Assembly: GCA_026413625.1 (NCBI GenBank)
Contig: JAOAKO010000003.1
Span: 2,507 to 66,506 of the forward strand
DNA: 64,000 bases
Direction: 5' to 3'
Origin: Candidatus Micrarchaeota archaeon
GTDB lineage: Archaea; Micrarchaeota; Micrarchaeia; CABMEP01
Shown here: one piece after another, positions 1-8,854 of the stretch
How the letters are laid out: the number at the start of each line of letters is the position of its first letter
Numbering within the stretch: the first letter of the stretch is position 1
Translations under genes and position numbers: made by a program
Notes under the pieces: generated by a model
What the model was told of the DNA's origin: nothing
Databases searched by the model: none
The model's input: the letters and a program-made list of their open reading frames with translations, nothing else

Positions 1-115
1 GTCAGCAGCAACGCATCTTCCCCTCCGACAGGAGAGTACAAATAACATCGTGAACCGGCTTAGCTTCCGAGTTCGGAATGGGTTCGGGCGTTTCCCGGTT
101 CCTGTGGCCGCTGAC
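1..115 (-). rRNA. 5S ribosomal RNA (appears complete; abuts window edge)
   Basis: The reverse complement reads GTCAGCGGCCACAGGAACCGGGAAACGCCCGAACCCATTCCGAACTCGGAAGCTAAGCCGGTTCACGATG...GCGTTGCTGCTGAC. It contains the CCCGAACCCAUUCCGAACUCGGAAG core typical of 5S rRNA. The termini GUCAGC/GCUGAC pair as helix I. It is a GC-rich island in AT-rich surroundings. Confidence 0.85.
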
Positions 116-269
116 ATTATATTATAGTATGTAATATATTTAAATGTTTCTAAAATATTATACTATTAGAAAACTGTTTTTATAACTAGGTGAGTGTATT
201 TCAAAAATTATAAAATACGGAAAGGAGCTTGCCATAATACTTCCAGAAGAATTAGTTAAAAAGCTAGAT

Positions 270-1001
270 TTGAATCCAGATATTCCAATAAGAATTTATG
301 AGATCACCGCAGGTACAATCGCAATTGAGAAAGTGAAGCTCGCACCAATCTCAGATGAAGAAGCCGAGATTCTCAATAAACTGCTGCAAATAAAATTCGA
401 AGAAAGAACTCCAGATGCAGTGAAATCATCTTTTTCTTCCGAGGAAATGAAACGGCTAGAAGACCTTATAAGAAAACATTTAGTTACTGTATACTATGGT
501 GGAAAATATTCACAAACAGGTGTCTATAACATTCCAAATTTAGTTTACAGGCAGCTTCTTGATAAAAAGCATAAAGAAATGCAGCAAAAGAGCGAACAAC
601 CAGTAAGCGTCCAAAGAAAAGAAGATAAACAAAAGAAAGACAAAAAAGAAGCAAAAAAAGATGAGAATTTAGTAAAAAAACTTAATAAAGACGGATATCT
701 CGTTTTGCAATCAGAGTCAGATGCTAGAGAGTTGTCTAAATCGCTTTCAGATAAGATTGAAAAGAATCAAGTAACTGGAATACGTGGATTTGATAAGAAA
801 TACTATCTTGTTAAGAATTCATTTGTGCTCAAAAACCAATCTAAGATAAAGTCTTTTCTTAATTCAGGTCCAAAATCAGCAGAACAAATAGCTAAGGAAC
901 TAGACATTCCTCAAGAAGCAGCAATAGCACTGCTTACGGTTTTAAGGGAAGAAGGAGAAATAATAGAAAAAAGAAAAGGAACGTTCTCTTTAATAGATTG
1001 A
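270..1001 (+). CDS. hypothetical protein with C-terminal winged-helix-like segment
   Basis: 243-aa ORF with a Lys/Glu-rich central linker (KKHKEMQQKSEQ..KKDKKEAKKDE). The C-terminus AEQIAKELDIPQEAAIALLTVLREEGEIIEKRKG looks like a wHTH. There is no ATG at the 5' end (TTG at 270). In-frame upstream codons read LAIILPEELVKKLDL, so the true start is uncertain. Confidence 0.55.
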   Translation: MNPDIPIRIYEITAGTIAIEKVKLAPISDEEAEILNKLLQIKFEERTPDAVKSSFSSEEMKRLEDLIRKHLVTVYYGGKYSQTGVYNIPNLVYRQLLDKKHKEMQQKSEQPVSVQRKEDKQKKDKKEAKKDENLVKKLNKDGYLVLQSESDARELSKSLSDKIEKNQVTGIRGFDKKYYLVKNSFVLKNQSKIKSFLNSGPKSAEQIAKELDIPQEAAIALLTVLREEGEIIEKRKGTFSLID

Positions 1002-1007
1002 GATTCG

Positions 1008-1175
1008 CTAAATCTTACCTGTAGTGAGGTATCTGAGGATTAAGATTCCAACAATAAAAACAGCAGTTATAGCTATAACTATACCTGGCTTAAGTTTTAT
1101 TCCTCCACCCTCTGATTCATAAAATCTAAATATTCCTGCAGAGCCAGCAGGGGTAGAAACCGTTTGCTTTGCCAT
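1008..1175 (-). CDS. preprotein translocase subunit Sec61-beta (archaeal SecG)
   Basis: From the ATG at 1175 the product is 55 aa: MAKQTVSTPAGSAGIFRFYESEGGGIKLKPGIVIAITAVFIVGILIL. The SAG-x-x-R-F/Y motif followed by a single C-terminal TM helix is the Sec61-beta pattern. The ORF-track start at 1208 would add 11 residues. Confidence 0.7.
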   Translation of the reverse strand: MAKQTVSTPAGSAGIFRFYESEGGGIKLKPGIVIAITAVFIVGILILRYLTTGKI

Positions 1176-1255
1176 ATTACCACTTAATAATATCTTTAAT
1201 TTGTGCATATAATATACAGAGTCAAGTTTATTAATTATTACGTTTATTTAATCAT

Positions 1256-2329
1256 ATGAAGCTTTTCTATGAAAGTGATTCTTCAATATTTAAAAATGAG
1301 AACGCATTGAGTTTAGAATACTTGCCACCAGAAATGCCAGAAAGAGAAACACAATTAAAGGAACTGGCCGCAGCACTTAATTCCTCAGCTAAAGGGAAGA
1401 GAGGTAGAAATATTCTGGTAACGGGTCCAACTGGAACCGGTAAAACAAGCTGTGTGAAGTATGTTCTTAATCAGCTTACAGAATTTAGTCAAACGCCAAT
1501 CGCAATATACATTAATTGCTGGAACTTTACAACATCAAACGCAGTACTTTCTGAGATTGCGGAACGGCTTAAGCTTCCGCTACCTAGGAGAGGAATCGCA
1601 TTTGACGAGATCTTTAAGCGCATCAAAGAATACCTAACTGTAAGCAATAAGGTTCTTGTTGTGGTATTAGATGAAGTCGATCGATTGCTTGCGAATAATT
1701 CGACAGAAATACTTTACTACCTTAGTAGGGGAGATGAGCTTGCAAGCGGTAAAATTTCAGTGATTGTAGTAAGTAACGATGATGAGTTGCCGGCAAAATT
1801 AGACGACAGGATAAGATCGTCATTGTTGGAATCAAGAGTTAAATTTGAAAAATACACCGCATTTCAACTTAAAAAGATACTTTCGGAAAGAGCCAAGCTT
1901 GCATTTTTCTCTTCTGCAATTACAGAGGAGGTTGTTGCACTGTGTGCAGCAAACGCTGCGAAACAAGGCGGAGACGCGAGGGTAGGAATTTCCCTACTTT
2001 ACCAGGCAGGATTAAATGCTGAAAGAGAAGGTTCGAATAAAGTACTTATAAAACACATCAAGCTCGCTTTGGAAGAAGTAAAAAATGAGACTGATTTCAT
2101 AGCTAGGCATTTTGATTCGCTTTCCGATACTGAAAAGCGAATAGTCAATCTTCTTCTTACCGGTCCACTCACGAGTGGAGAGATATATGAAAAACTCTCA
2201 GACTTAGGTATAAGTAATAGGATGTTGCAATTTTATATAACTAAACTTGAGGAATCAGGAATGGTAACTTCGCAAGAGATAGAAGTCAAACCGAAAGGAA
2301 GAACGAAACTAATCTCCTTAAGAAAATGA
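1256..2329 (+). CDS. cdc6: Orc1/Cdc6 replication initiator (AAA+ with C-terminal winged helix)
   Basis: Walker A is VTGPTGTGKTS and Walker B is VVVLDEVD. The N-terminus has the typical LSLEYLPPEMPERETQLKEL, and there is a C-terminal wHTH (EKRIVNLLLTGPLTSGEIYEKL). Confidence 0.92.
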   Translation: MKLFYESDSSIFKNENALSLEYLPPEMPERETQLKELAAALNSSAKGKRGRNILVTGPTGTGKTSCVKYVLNQLTEFSQTPIAIYINCWNFTTSNAVLSEIAERLKLPLPRRGIAFDEIFKRIKEYLTVSNKVLVVVLDEVDRLLANNSTEILYYLSRGDELASGKISVIVVSNDDELPAKLDDRIRSSLLESRVKFEKYTAFQLKKILSERAKLAFFSSAITEEVVALCAANAAKQGGDARVGISLLYQAGLNAEREGSNKVLIKHIKLALEEVKNETDFIARHFDSLSDTEKRIVNLLLTGPLTSGEIYEKLSDLGISNRMLQFYITKLEESGMVTSQEIEVKPKGRTKLISLRK

Positions 2330-2400
2330 CTTATTTTTCATTGAATCGTTAAATCACCGGAAATCTACCCTTCCGAGCAGTATTTAAATACCCTTATCGA

Positions 2401-2592
2401 TTGGTTTTCGGTGATAAAATGATAATGGATATAACAAACATAAGGTTAGATGAGGTAAGCGTTATAATGTCAAAGATGGACAAGCTTGGATTGTCATCTA
2501 GAATTGAGAGGAGAGATGACAAGTTTCTTTTAGTATTAAACGAGAAAGAAAGCAGTCGTAAGGTTAAGGCTCCTACTATCTTGGACTGGTGA
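2401..2592 (+). CDS. small hypothetical protein (weak call)
   Basis: 63-aa ORF in the cdc6-downstream gap with a non-ATG start (internal ATGs at 2419/2425). No motif recognised. Confidence 0.3.
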   Translation: MVFGDKMIMDITNIRLDEVSVIMSKMDKLGLSSRIERRDDKFLLVLNEKESSRKVKAPTILDW

Positions 2593-2627
2593 TTTTTCCC
2601 TCTTGTTTATTTTGTGCTTTATAAAAC

Positions 2628-3710
2628 ATGAAGTCACGCTATGTGGAGCTGCCATTGCACTACGGAAACGCTCCAAGTTGGCTTTTTTCAAGAATGGTCG
2701 CTCTTAGTAGGGCTATTTATACCGCTATCGAAAAAGAGTATAGCAGAGATGAATTCTTAAGAAGGATTTCAAATCCTTTTTGGTTTCAGTGTTTCGCCTG
2801 TGCTCTCGGTTTTGATTTTCACAGTTCAGGAACGACAACCGTTACTTGCGGCGCCCTTAAAGAAGCTCTTAGTATGGAAGAGAACGGAATTTCTTTTTTT
2901 GGAGGGAAAGGTAAATCATCTCGCAATGTTAAAGAAGAATTATACCTATTGGCAGAGAAAAACAATTTCTCGGAAAGCAAAATCAATAATCTTATATATA
3001 TAAGCAAAATCACAGCAAAGGTTGACAGTTCGCTTATTCAAGATGGATACCAATTGTATCATCATTCTTTAATAGTAACAGAAAGCGGGAATTGGGCAGT
3101 AATACAGCAAGGCATGAATCCTGGTACAAAATACGCAAGAAGATATCACTGGTTTTGGGAAGACGCAGCCAATTTTACTATAGAGCCGCATACCGCAATA
3201 TGCTGCGATCGCATCTCCAACTGTCTGAATCTCACAGCGCGCGAGAGCGAGGATTCAAGAAAGTCGATCGTAGACTTGGTTAAAGAATCGCCATATCGAT
3301 TGGCTCGGAAACTTAGCGATCCAAAGCAGACAACTTTATTTGAATGCGATTTTGTAATGCAGCAAAGACATGAAATAGACGTGAGATTGTATAGGAATTT
3401 ATTGAATCTAAATGAATTCAACCCTAGAAATTTTGAGGAGATAGTCGCATATCCGGGCGTAGGTCCAAAGACTATAAGAGCGCTGGCCATGCTGAGTAAA
3501 TTAATCTACGGTACAGAACCATCTTGGAGAGATCCAGTAAAATATTCTTTTACTGTGGGTGGAAAGGACGGATTTCCGTATCCCGTAGATAAGAAAATCT
3601 ACGAAGAGGCAATTGAATTTATTTCTGATGCAGTTTCAAATTCAAATATGGATCGTGGAGAAAAATTAAGAGTGATGAAAAAGTTAAATATTTTTTATTC
3701 TAAGTTATAG
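2628..3710 (+). CDS. conserved uncharacterized protein (probably DUF763 family) with helix-hairpin-helix motif
   Basis: 360 aa. The N-terminus ELPLHYGNAPSWLFSRMVALSRAI and the later HhH-like YPGVGPKTIRALAMLS match my recollection of the DUF763 family. Function is unknown. Confidence 0.6.
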   Translation: MKSRYVELPLHYGNAPSWLFSRMVALSRAIYTAIEKEYSRDEFLRRISNPFWFQCFACALGFDFHSSGTTTVTCGALKEALSMEENGISFFGGKGKSSRNVKEELYLLAEKNNFSESKINNLIYISKITAKVDSSLIQDGYQLYHHSLIVTESGNWAVIQQGMNPGTKYARRYHWFWEDAANFTIEPHTAICCDRISNCLNLTARESEDSRKSIVDLVKESPYRLARKLSDPKQTTLFECDFVMQQRHEIDVRLYRNLLNLNEFNPRNFEEIVAYPGVGPKTIRALAMLSKLIYGTEPSWRDPVKYSFTVGGKDGFPYPVDKKIYEEAIEFISDAVSNSNMDRGEKLRVMKKLNIFYSKL

Positions 3711-3735
3711 AGTTGAATTCAAAAATTGGTGGAAT

Positions 3736-4011
3736 ATGTTTGAATTAGCGGGCATAATAGGAATGATATTCATAGTGTTGGCATGGATACCGCAGACGAT
3801 AAAGACGATTAAGACAAAAACGGTTGGAATAGAACCAAAGTTTCTTTGGCTGTATATGTTCGGATGCATAGGGTTAATCCTATATTCGGTATACATTTCA
3901 GATCCTATATTCATAGGTTTGAACTCAATTTCTTTAGTATTCAATTTAGTAAACATTTATTATTGCTATAAATATCCATATTCAGGTAAAAACAAAATTA
4001 ATAGAAGGTAG
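3736..4011 (+). CDS. PQ-loop / SemiSWEET-like 3-TM membrane protein
   Basis: 91 aa with three hydrophobic helices and a PQ motif in helix 1 (LAWIPQTIKTIKTK). Confidence 0.65.
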   Translation: MFELAGIIGMIFIVLAWIPQTIKTIKTKTVGIEPKFLWLYMFGCIGLILYSVYISDPIFIGLNSISLVFNLVNIYYCYKYPYSGKNKINRR

Positions 4012-4095
4012 TTTCTGACATAACATAGGTATTTTTATATCTTTATGATGAATATATAATGTCGTTTTTTAAACTAAAAAAAGGACGTTGATTTT

Positions 4096-4485
4096 ATGAA
4101 GATAGTTATATCCTACAAAGAGAATTCATACCAAGTTGAAATCCCAAAGGAGAAAGAGGCGCATCTTTACGGATTAAAGATTGGAGACCAAATAGACGGT
4201 TCTATTATCGGGGCAGCAGGCTATACTCTTAAATTAAGAGGCGGCTCCGATAAGGATGGTTTCCCGATGAAGGCAGACTTATTGGGAGGTGGAAGGAAGA
4301 GCATTCTTCTCTCCCAGGGAGTGGGATTTCCAAAAGGAAAGAAAGGAGAAAGAATAAGAAGATTAGTAAGGGGAAACACCGTTACGGAATCAATTGCCCA
4401 ACTTAATTTTGTAGTAATCAAAGAAGGCCCAACTTCACTCGATCAACTCTTCCCGAGAAAGGAAAAGAAAGAGGAAAAGAAATAA
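4096..4485 (+). CDS. rps6e: 30S ribosomal protein S6e
   Basis: KLRGGSDKDGFPMKADLLGGGRKSILLSQGVGF matches the eS6 core. The C-terminal tail is Lys-rich. Confidence 0.9.
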   Translation: MKIVISYKENSYQVEIPKEKEAHLYGLKIGDQIDGSIIGAAGYTLKLRGGSDKDGFPMKADLLGGGRKSILLSQGVGFPKGKKGERIRRLVRGNTVTESIAQLNFVVIKEGPTSLDQLFPRKEKKEEKK

Positions 4486-4519
4486 TTTTTTTCATTTATT
4501 TTGCTTTTGTGGTGTATAG

Positions 4520-5710
4520 ATGCAGGCAGAGCTCAATATAGGACTTTTAGGTCATGTTGACCATGGTAAAACAAGTATTACTAAAATGCTCACTGGAACA
4601 TGGACAGATGTACATAGCATGGAAGTGAAGAGAGGAATCACGATAAAATTGGGCTATGCAGAGATGACTTCGAGAAAATGTGAGAAATGTGATTTCTACA
4701 CAACTTCTGAAAAATGCCCTAAATGTAACGGCGAAACATTAAAATTAAGAAAAATTTCTTTCGTAGACGCGCCAGGTCACGAAACTTTGATGGCTACAGT
4801 GATTTCAGCTTCGTCTATATTGGATGGAGCGCTACTTATTATCGCTGCAAATGAACCCTGCCCGCAGCCACAAACTAAGGAGCATAAAATGGTTCTTGAA
4901 ATCTTAGGGGTCAAAAATTTAATTGTAGTTCAAAATAAAATAGATCTAGTTTCTAGGGAAAAAGCAAAAGAGCATTACAGACAGATAAAAGAGTTTCTTA
5001 AAGGTTCTATATACGAGGATGCACCTATAATTCCTGTTGCAGCAAATTATAATGCGAATCTAGACGTGCTTATAAAAGCAATAGAAAAATTTATTCCAAC
5101 GCCTGAAAGGAATAAGTCCGAGAAACCGCTATTCTTTGTAGCGCGCTCTTTTGACGTTAATAAGCCAGGAACCCCAATAGACAAGCTCGTTGGAGGGGTA
5201 ATAGGCGGATCGGTCGTATCTGGAATGTTAAGGGTAGGGGAAGAAATAGAGTTAGCGCCAGGCATAGTCAGAATAGGAAAAACCGGGCCGGAAACCATAA
5301 GGACAAAAATAGTAGCGATTTTTGCAGGTTCTAGCAGATTAAATGAGGCCGGACCCGGGGGACTGGTAGCAATTCAAACGGATCTTGATCCCTCTCTTGC
5401 AAAAGCAGATGGCTTAATAGGCAATGTGGTAAGTACATTAGGCAATCTCCCCCCACTTCACAATTCACTTAAAGTGGAATACTCATTGTTAGATAGGGTA
5501 GATTATGAAAATCAAAGCATAAAGGAAGGCGAGGCGGTCGTAATTTCGGCAGGTACGGCTACTACGCTAGGAGTGGCCCAAAAAGTTAAGAAAAACAAAA
5601 TGGAAGTAATTCTTAAACGCCCTATTTCAGCCCCAATAGGTTCAAAAATAGCAATTTCAAGAAGAGTGAACCAAAGGTGGAGATTAGCCGGGGCAGGAAA
5701 GATTCTTTAG
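4520..5710 (+). CDS. eif2g: translation initiation factor aIF2 gamma subunit
   Basis: GTPase motifs are GHVDHGKTS, DAPGH and NKID. A zinc ribbon CEKCDFYTTSEKCPKC is inserted in the G domain, and EF-Tu-like domains II and III follow. Confidence 0.93.
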   Translation: MQAELNIGLLGHVDHGKTSITKMLTGTWTDVHSMEVKRGITIKLGYAEMTSRKCEKCDFYTTSEKCPKCNGETLKLRKISFVDAPGHETLMATVISASSILDGALLIIAANEPCPQPQTKEHKMVLEILGVKNLIVVQNKIDLVSREKAKEHYRQIKEFLKGSIYEDAPIIPVAANYNANLDVLIKAIEKFIPTPERNKSEKPLFFVARSFDVNKPGTPIDKLVGGVIGGSVVSGMLRVGEEIELAPGIVRIGKTGPETIRTKIVAIFAGSSRLNEAGPGGLVAIQTDLDPSLAKADGLIGNVVSTLGNLPPLHNSLKVEYSLLDRVDYENQSIKEGEAVVISAGTATTLGVAQKVKKNKMEVILKRPISAPIGSKIAISRRVNQRWRLAGAGKIL

Positions 5711-5778
5711 TTGCAAATCTCTAAAAGAAGAACTACAGGTTTATCCAAAAAATAAATAACGAAATAAATTAAAAATAA

Positions 5779-5955
5779 TTATTTCTTCTTTTCAGTTTTT
5801 GTTTTTGTCCACTTCAGTTTTGCAGGTTTTCTTTTTAGCTTGAGCATATTTTTAACACATTTTCCTGAATCGAAGTAAAACATAGTGCCGTCCGTCTTTA
5901 CGTAAATCAAGCCAGTGCCTTTTTTAATTTCATTATTGCAGAATGAACATTTCAT
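5779..5955 (-). CDS. rpl24e: 50S ribosomal protein L24e (58 aa; below ORF-track cutoff)
   Basis: Manual translation gives MKCSFCNNEIKKGTGLIYVKTDGTMFYFDSGKCVKNMLKLKRKPAKLKWTKTKTEKKK. This matches the eL24 zinc-ribbon consensus. The gene lies directly downstream of S28e, as in the conserved L7Ae-S28e-L24e cluster. Confidence 0.85.
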   Translation of the reverse strand: MKCSFCNNEIKKGTGLIYVKTDGTMFYFDSGKCVKNMLKLKRKPAKLKWTKTKTEKKK

Positions 5956-5976
5956 ATCAACACCTTTTAACTTACA

Positions 5977-6285
5977 TTATTTGCTCTTAATTTGTTTGGC
6001 TTCTCTTTCAGTGTCTACAAGAAGTAAAATATCCCCAACTTTGACCTGCCCTTTGACATTCCTTCTTATAACTCTTCCTTTGTCTCTTCCGTCAAGTATT
6101 CTGCACATTACCTGCCTAACTTCTCCGCAAGTGCCAGTCTTTCCTATGAGTTCGATCACTTCCCCCCTGTATCCGTTAAGCACCTGCTGTTCGACTTGCG
6201 CAGGCTGATTTTGTCGTGTCTGTTCTTTTTGGGAAGGCAAGTCTTTTTTCTTAGCCTGCTTTTTTTCATCCGCCATCAGTATCAC
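5977..6285 (-). CDS. rps28e: 30S ribosomal protein S28e with Lys/Gln-rich N-terminal extension
   Basis: [60 protein letters not shown] matches eS28. The first ~35 aa are a low-complexity extension. The start could instead be the ATG at 6276. Confidence 0.85.
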   Translation of the reverse strand: MILMADEKKQAKKKDLPSQKEQTRQNQPAQVEQQVLNGYRGEVIELIGKTGTCGEVRQVMCRILDGRDKGRVIRRNVKGQVKVGDILLLVDTEREAKQIKSK

Positions 6286-6295
6286 CTTAACTTAT

Positions 6296-6745
6296 TCATT
6301 CCTTTTTCTTACCCTTCTTTTCTTTTGAAAGTTTTGTCGGCTTCTGCTCTTTTTGTTCCTTCTTTTCTTCCTTTCCAGATTCCGGCATTTTTTGCCCGAG
6401 CTTTGCGACTATATCTTCTATTTCTCCCTTTGCACCGCCAAGATCCTCTATTGCAATTGCAGCGCAACTTACTGCAATTCCGATCGCTTTTCCGAGTTCT
6501 GCTTTAGTAGGAACATATACGAATGGAACTCCTTTTTCTTCACATAAGATTGGAAGATGCATCACTATCTCTTCAGGATTGACATCTGCCGCGATTACAA
6601 CAATCTTGGCCTTCCCAGATTCTATTGATTTCGTTGCTTCGTTAGCTCCCTTTCTTATTTTTCCCGTGTCTTTAGCAACGCTCACAGCGTTGATCACTCT
6701 GTCTGATATTTCCTTCGGAACTTCAAATTTAACATAGCTTGCCAT
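6296..6745 (-). CDS. rpl7ae: 50S ribosomal protein L7Ae (K-turn binding) with Lys-rich C-terminal tail
   Basis: IRKGANEATKSIESGKAKIVVIAADVNPEEIVMHLPILCEEKGVPFVYV is the L7Ae/L30e core. GAGGTG lies upstream of the ATG. Confidence 0.92.
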   Translation of the reverse strand: MASYVKFEVPKEISDRVINAVSVAKDTGKIRKGANEATKSIESGKAKIVVIAADVNPEEIVMHLPILCEEKGVPFVYVPTKAELGKAIGIAVSCAAIAIEDLGGAKGEIEDIVAKLGQKMPESGKEEKKEQKEQKPTKLSKEKKGKKKE

Positions 6746-6769
6746 ACTCTCACACCTCTTAGTTCATAG

Positions 6770-6802
6770 AGTATGCATTATGCATACTTGCATTAAATGC
6801 AA
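6770..6802 (-). promoter_or_regulatory. two abutting perfect palindromes in the L7Ae leader/promoter region
   Basis: AGTATGCAT-T-ATGCATACT lies at 6770-6788 and TTGCAT-TAA-ATGCAA at 6788-6802. They sit 25-57 nt upstream of the L7Ae ATG, between an AT-rich TATA-like stretch and the SD. Confidence 0.3.
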
Positions 6803-6903
6803 TAGAACAATTAGATAGATATATTATGTGTTAATAATTTATAATCTTTGCTGTTCACGCATTTTGCAGATCAGCTAACTAATACAGCATAAACACTCAA
6901 AGA

Positions 6904-8853
6904 TTAAATGACTAAAAAAACCTCTTTAATCCCAGATATCTTCTTAATTTCATTCTTTATTTTCTCAATTTGTTCATTTGAATTATAGGCAAGTACCAGA
7001 TTTATTATAATTCTCTCATCTCTTGTTTCCCCTATATTTATCTTCTTTATTTCAATCTGGTGATTGATTAGTACTTTTATTAGATCAGAGAGCAGTTTTG
7101 GCCTGTCCTCGCTTACTAAATTAATTTTCTGCAAATAAACATTTGAGTGCCCTTCCCATTTTGCATTTATTTTTCTTTTAAATTCAGGTGTTTTTTCAAA
7201 AGTTTTACAGTTTAATCGGTGAATCGTATATCTCCCTTCTTTTGGAGGATAGGTTACAATCGCATCGTTTATTGTAGGATTGCAACATTTCGCAAGATTT
7301 ATGTTTGGCGAATTTATTTGCGCAATCAATTCTCCACCTTCCATTCTTGCTTTTTTTCCTTTTTCAGAAATTGCGGTTTCGAGTTCCTTAGCTCCGCTCT
7401 TTTTAGGACCCAAGAGATTCAAAGCCGCTCTTATTTTTGCTTTCGCTTTCGATGTCTTAACATTTCCAAGCCAATTAATGTTAACTCTCTGTTGTGGCGC
7501 AGTTATTACTTCGACTATGTCGCCATCGCTTAAAATATGGTTGAATGGAACTATCTTTCCATTTACCTTTATTTTGTCTGCATTTAGACCGATTGATGTA
7601 TGAAGCGCAAAAGCAAAATCAAGCGCCGTAGAACCGTTCGGCAATTCAATCATGTCTCCTTTAGGCGTAAATGCTACGACCCCTCTTTCAAAAAGTTCTA
7701 TTTTTACCCCGTCAATGTACTCTTTTTCCTCCGTTATCTGCTTTTGCCAGCTCAAAAGATTTTTCATCCATTCGATTTTTTTATCGAATTCCTCTTCTCC
7801 ATGTCCTTTATACTTCCAGTGCGCCGCTATACCCATCTCTGCAATCCTATCCATCTCTTCGGTTCTGATTTGAGCCTCTATATTATGTCCGTTTTCTGTA
7901 AGAAAGTTAATATGGATGGACTGATACATATTCGATTTGGGCGATGCGATATAATCGTCCAATGTTTCAGGTAATATCTTATAGTTTTCTCCGATTATTT
8001 CAAGTATCCTATAGCAGTCGCTAACGCGCTTAGTTATTATTCTTATTGCAAAAAGATCCATCAGTTTGTCAAATGTAAGTTCCTTTTTCTTCATTTTTCT
8101 GTATATTGAATAAATATGTTTTTCCCTGCTCTTTACAATCACGTCTATTCCTTTTGATTTGATTAAACTTTCTACTTCAGCCCTTATTCTATCCGTTTCC
8201 TTTTCTTTTCCCTTTCTTTTTTCTGCCAACGCTTCTTTTATCTTAGAGTAAGCATCCGGATCCATTACAGAAAGATAAAGATCTTCTAATTCGTTTTTTA
8301 TTTTAGTTATATTTAGCTTATGGGCAATCGGAACGTATATCTCCATCGTTTCTTCCGCCATTCTTTTTTGCTTGTGCTCAGGGAGGTAAGAAATTGTTCT
8401 CATGTTGTGCAATCTATCCGCTAGTTTAATTATTATAATTCTTACATCTTTGCTCAAGACGACAAGCATCTTTCTTATATTTTCTGCTTCCGCCTGTTCT
8501 AGTTTTAAAAACGGAATTTTTCCAAGTTTCGTAAGACCTTCTACTATTTTTGAGACGTGCTCTCCAAATTCTTTTTCTATGCTGCTAATTGGAACTCCGG
8601 CATCTCTGCATACATCGTGCAAAAGCGAGGCCTGTATAGAAACAGTGTCATTAAGATACTGCGAAACTATGTTAGCGACCTCTATACAGTGCATTATATA
8701 TGGTTCACCTGAAAGTCTGTACTGGTTTCTATGCGCCAATGCAGCAAATTCAACCGCTTTTCTGATTGCAGGTTTATCTACTCTGCTTCCGTTTCTTTCT
8801 ATATTCGCGATCAGATTCTCGAATGCGTTTTCGATCTCCTGGTCAAGCTGCAT
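6904..8853 (-). CDS. rel: bifunctional RelA/SpoT-homolog (p)ppGpp synthetase/hydrolase (long RSH)
   Basis: HD hydrolase domain: HRNQYRLSGEPYIMH..LLHDV. Synthetase domain: SREKHIYSIYRKM, YQSIHINF, EAQIRTEEMDRIAEMGIAAHWKYK. TGS domain: FTPKGDMIELPNGSTALDFAFALHTSIG. There is also a Cys-rich CC segment (CCNP..HRLNC) and a C-terminal ACT-like domain. Confidence 0.88.
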   Translation of the reverse strand: MQLDQEIENAFENLIANIERNGSRVDKPAIRKAVEFAALAHRNQYRLSGEPYIMHCIEVANIVSQYLNDTVSIQASLLHDVCRDAGVPISSIEKEFGEHVSKIVEGLTKLGKIPFLKLEQAEAENIRKMLVVLSKDVRIIIIKLADRLHNMRTISYLPEHKQKRMAEETMEIYVPIAHKLNITKIKNELEDLYLSVMDPDAYSKIKEALAEKRKGKEKETDRIRAEVESLIKSKGIDVIVKSREKHIYSIYRKMKKKELTFDKLMDLFAIRIITKRVSDCYRILEIIGENYKILPETLDDYIASPKSNMYQSIHINFLTENGHNIEAQIRTEEMDRIAEMGIAAHWKYKGHGEEEFDKKIEWMKNLLSWQKQITEEKEYIDGVKIELFERGVVAFTPKGDMIELPNGSTALDFAFALHTSIGLNADKIKVNGKIVPFNHILSDGDIVEVITAPQQRVNINWLGNVKTSKAKAKIRAALNLLGPKKSGAKELETAISEKGKKARMEGGELIAQINSPNINLAKCCNPTINDAIVTYPPKEGRYTIHRLNCKTFEKTPEFKRKINAKWEGHSNVYLQKINLVSEDRPKLLSDLIKVLINHQIEIKKINIGETRDERIIINLVLAYNSNEQIEKIKNEIKKISGIKEVFLVI

Positions 8854-8854
8854 T

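Noticed and set aside
1-2627. Replication origin next to cdc6
   Set aside because: Origins often flank orc1/cdc6. I scanned the AT-rich spacers at 116-269, 1209-1255 and 2330-2627. I found only an imperfect inverted repeat (TCACCGGAAA / TTTCGGTGA around 2353-2415) and no repeated ORB-like boxes. That is not enough to call an origin.
4012-4095. Possible box C/D sRNA (ATGATGA near 4046 and CTGA near 4014)
   Set aside because: The order and spacing of the boxes do not fit a C...D'...C'...D arrangement on either strand. There is no terminal stem. It is probably just the AT-rich S6e promoter region.
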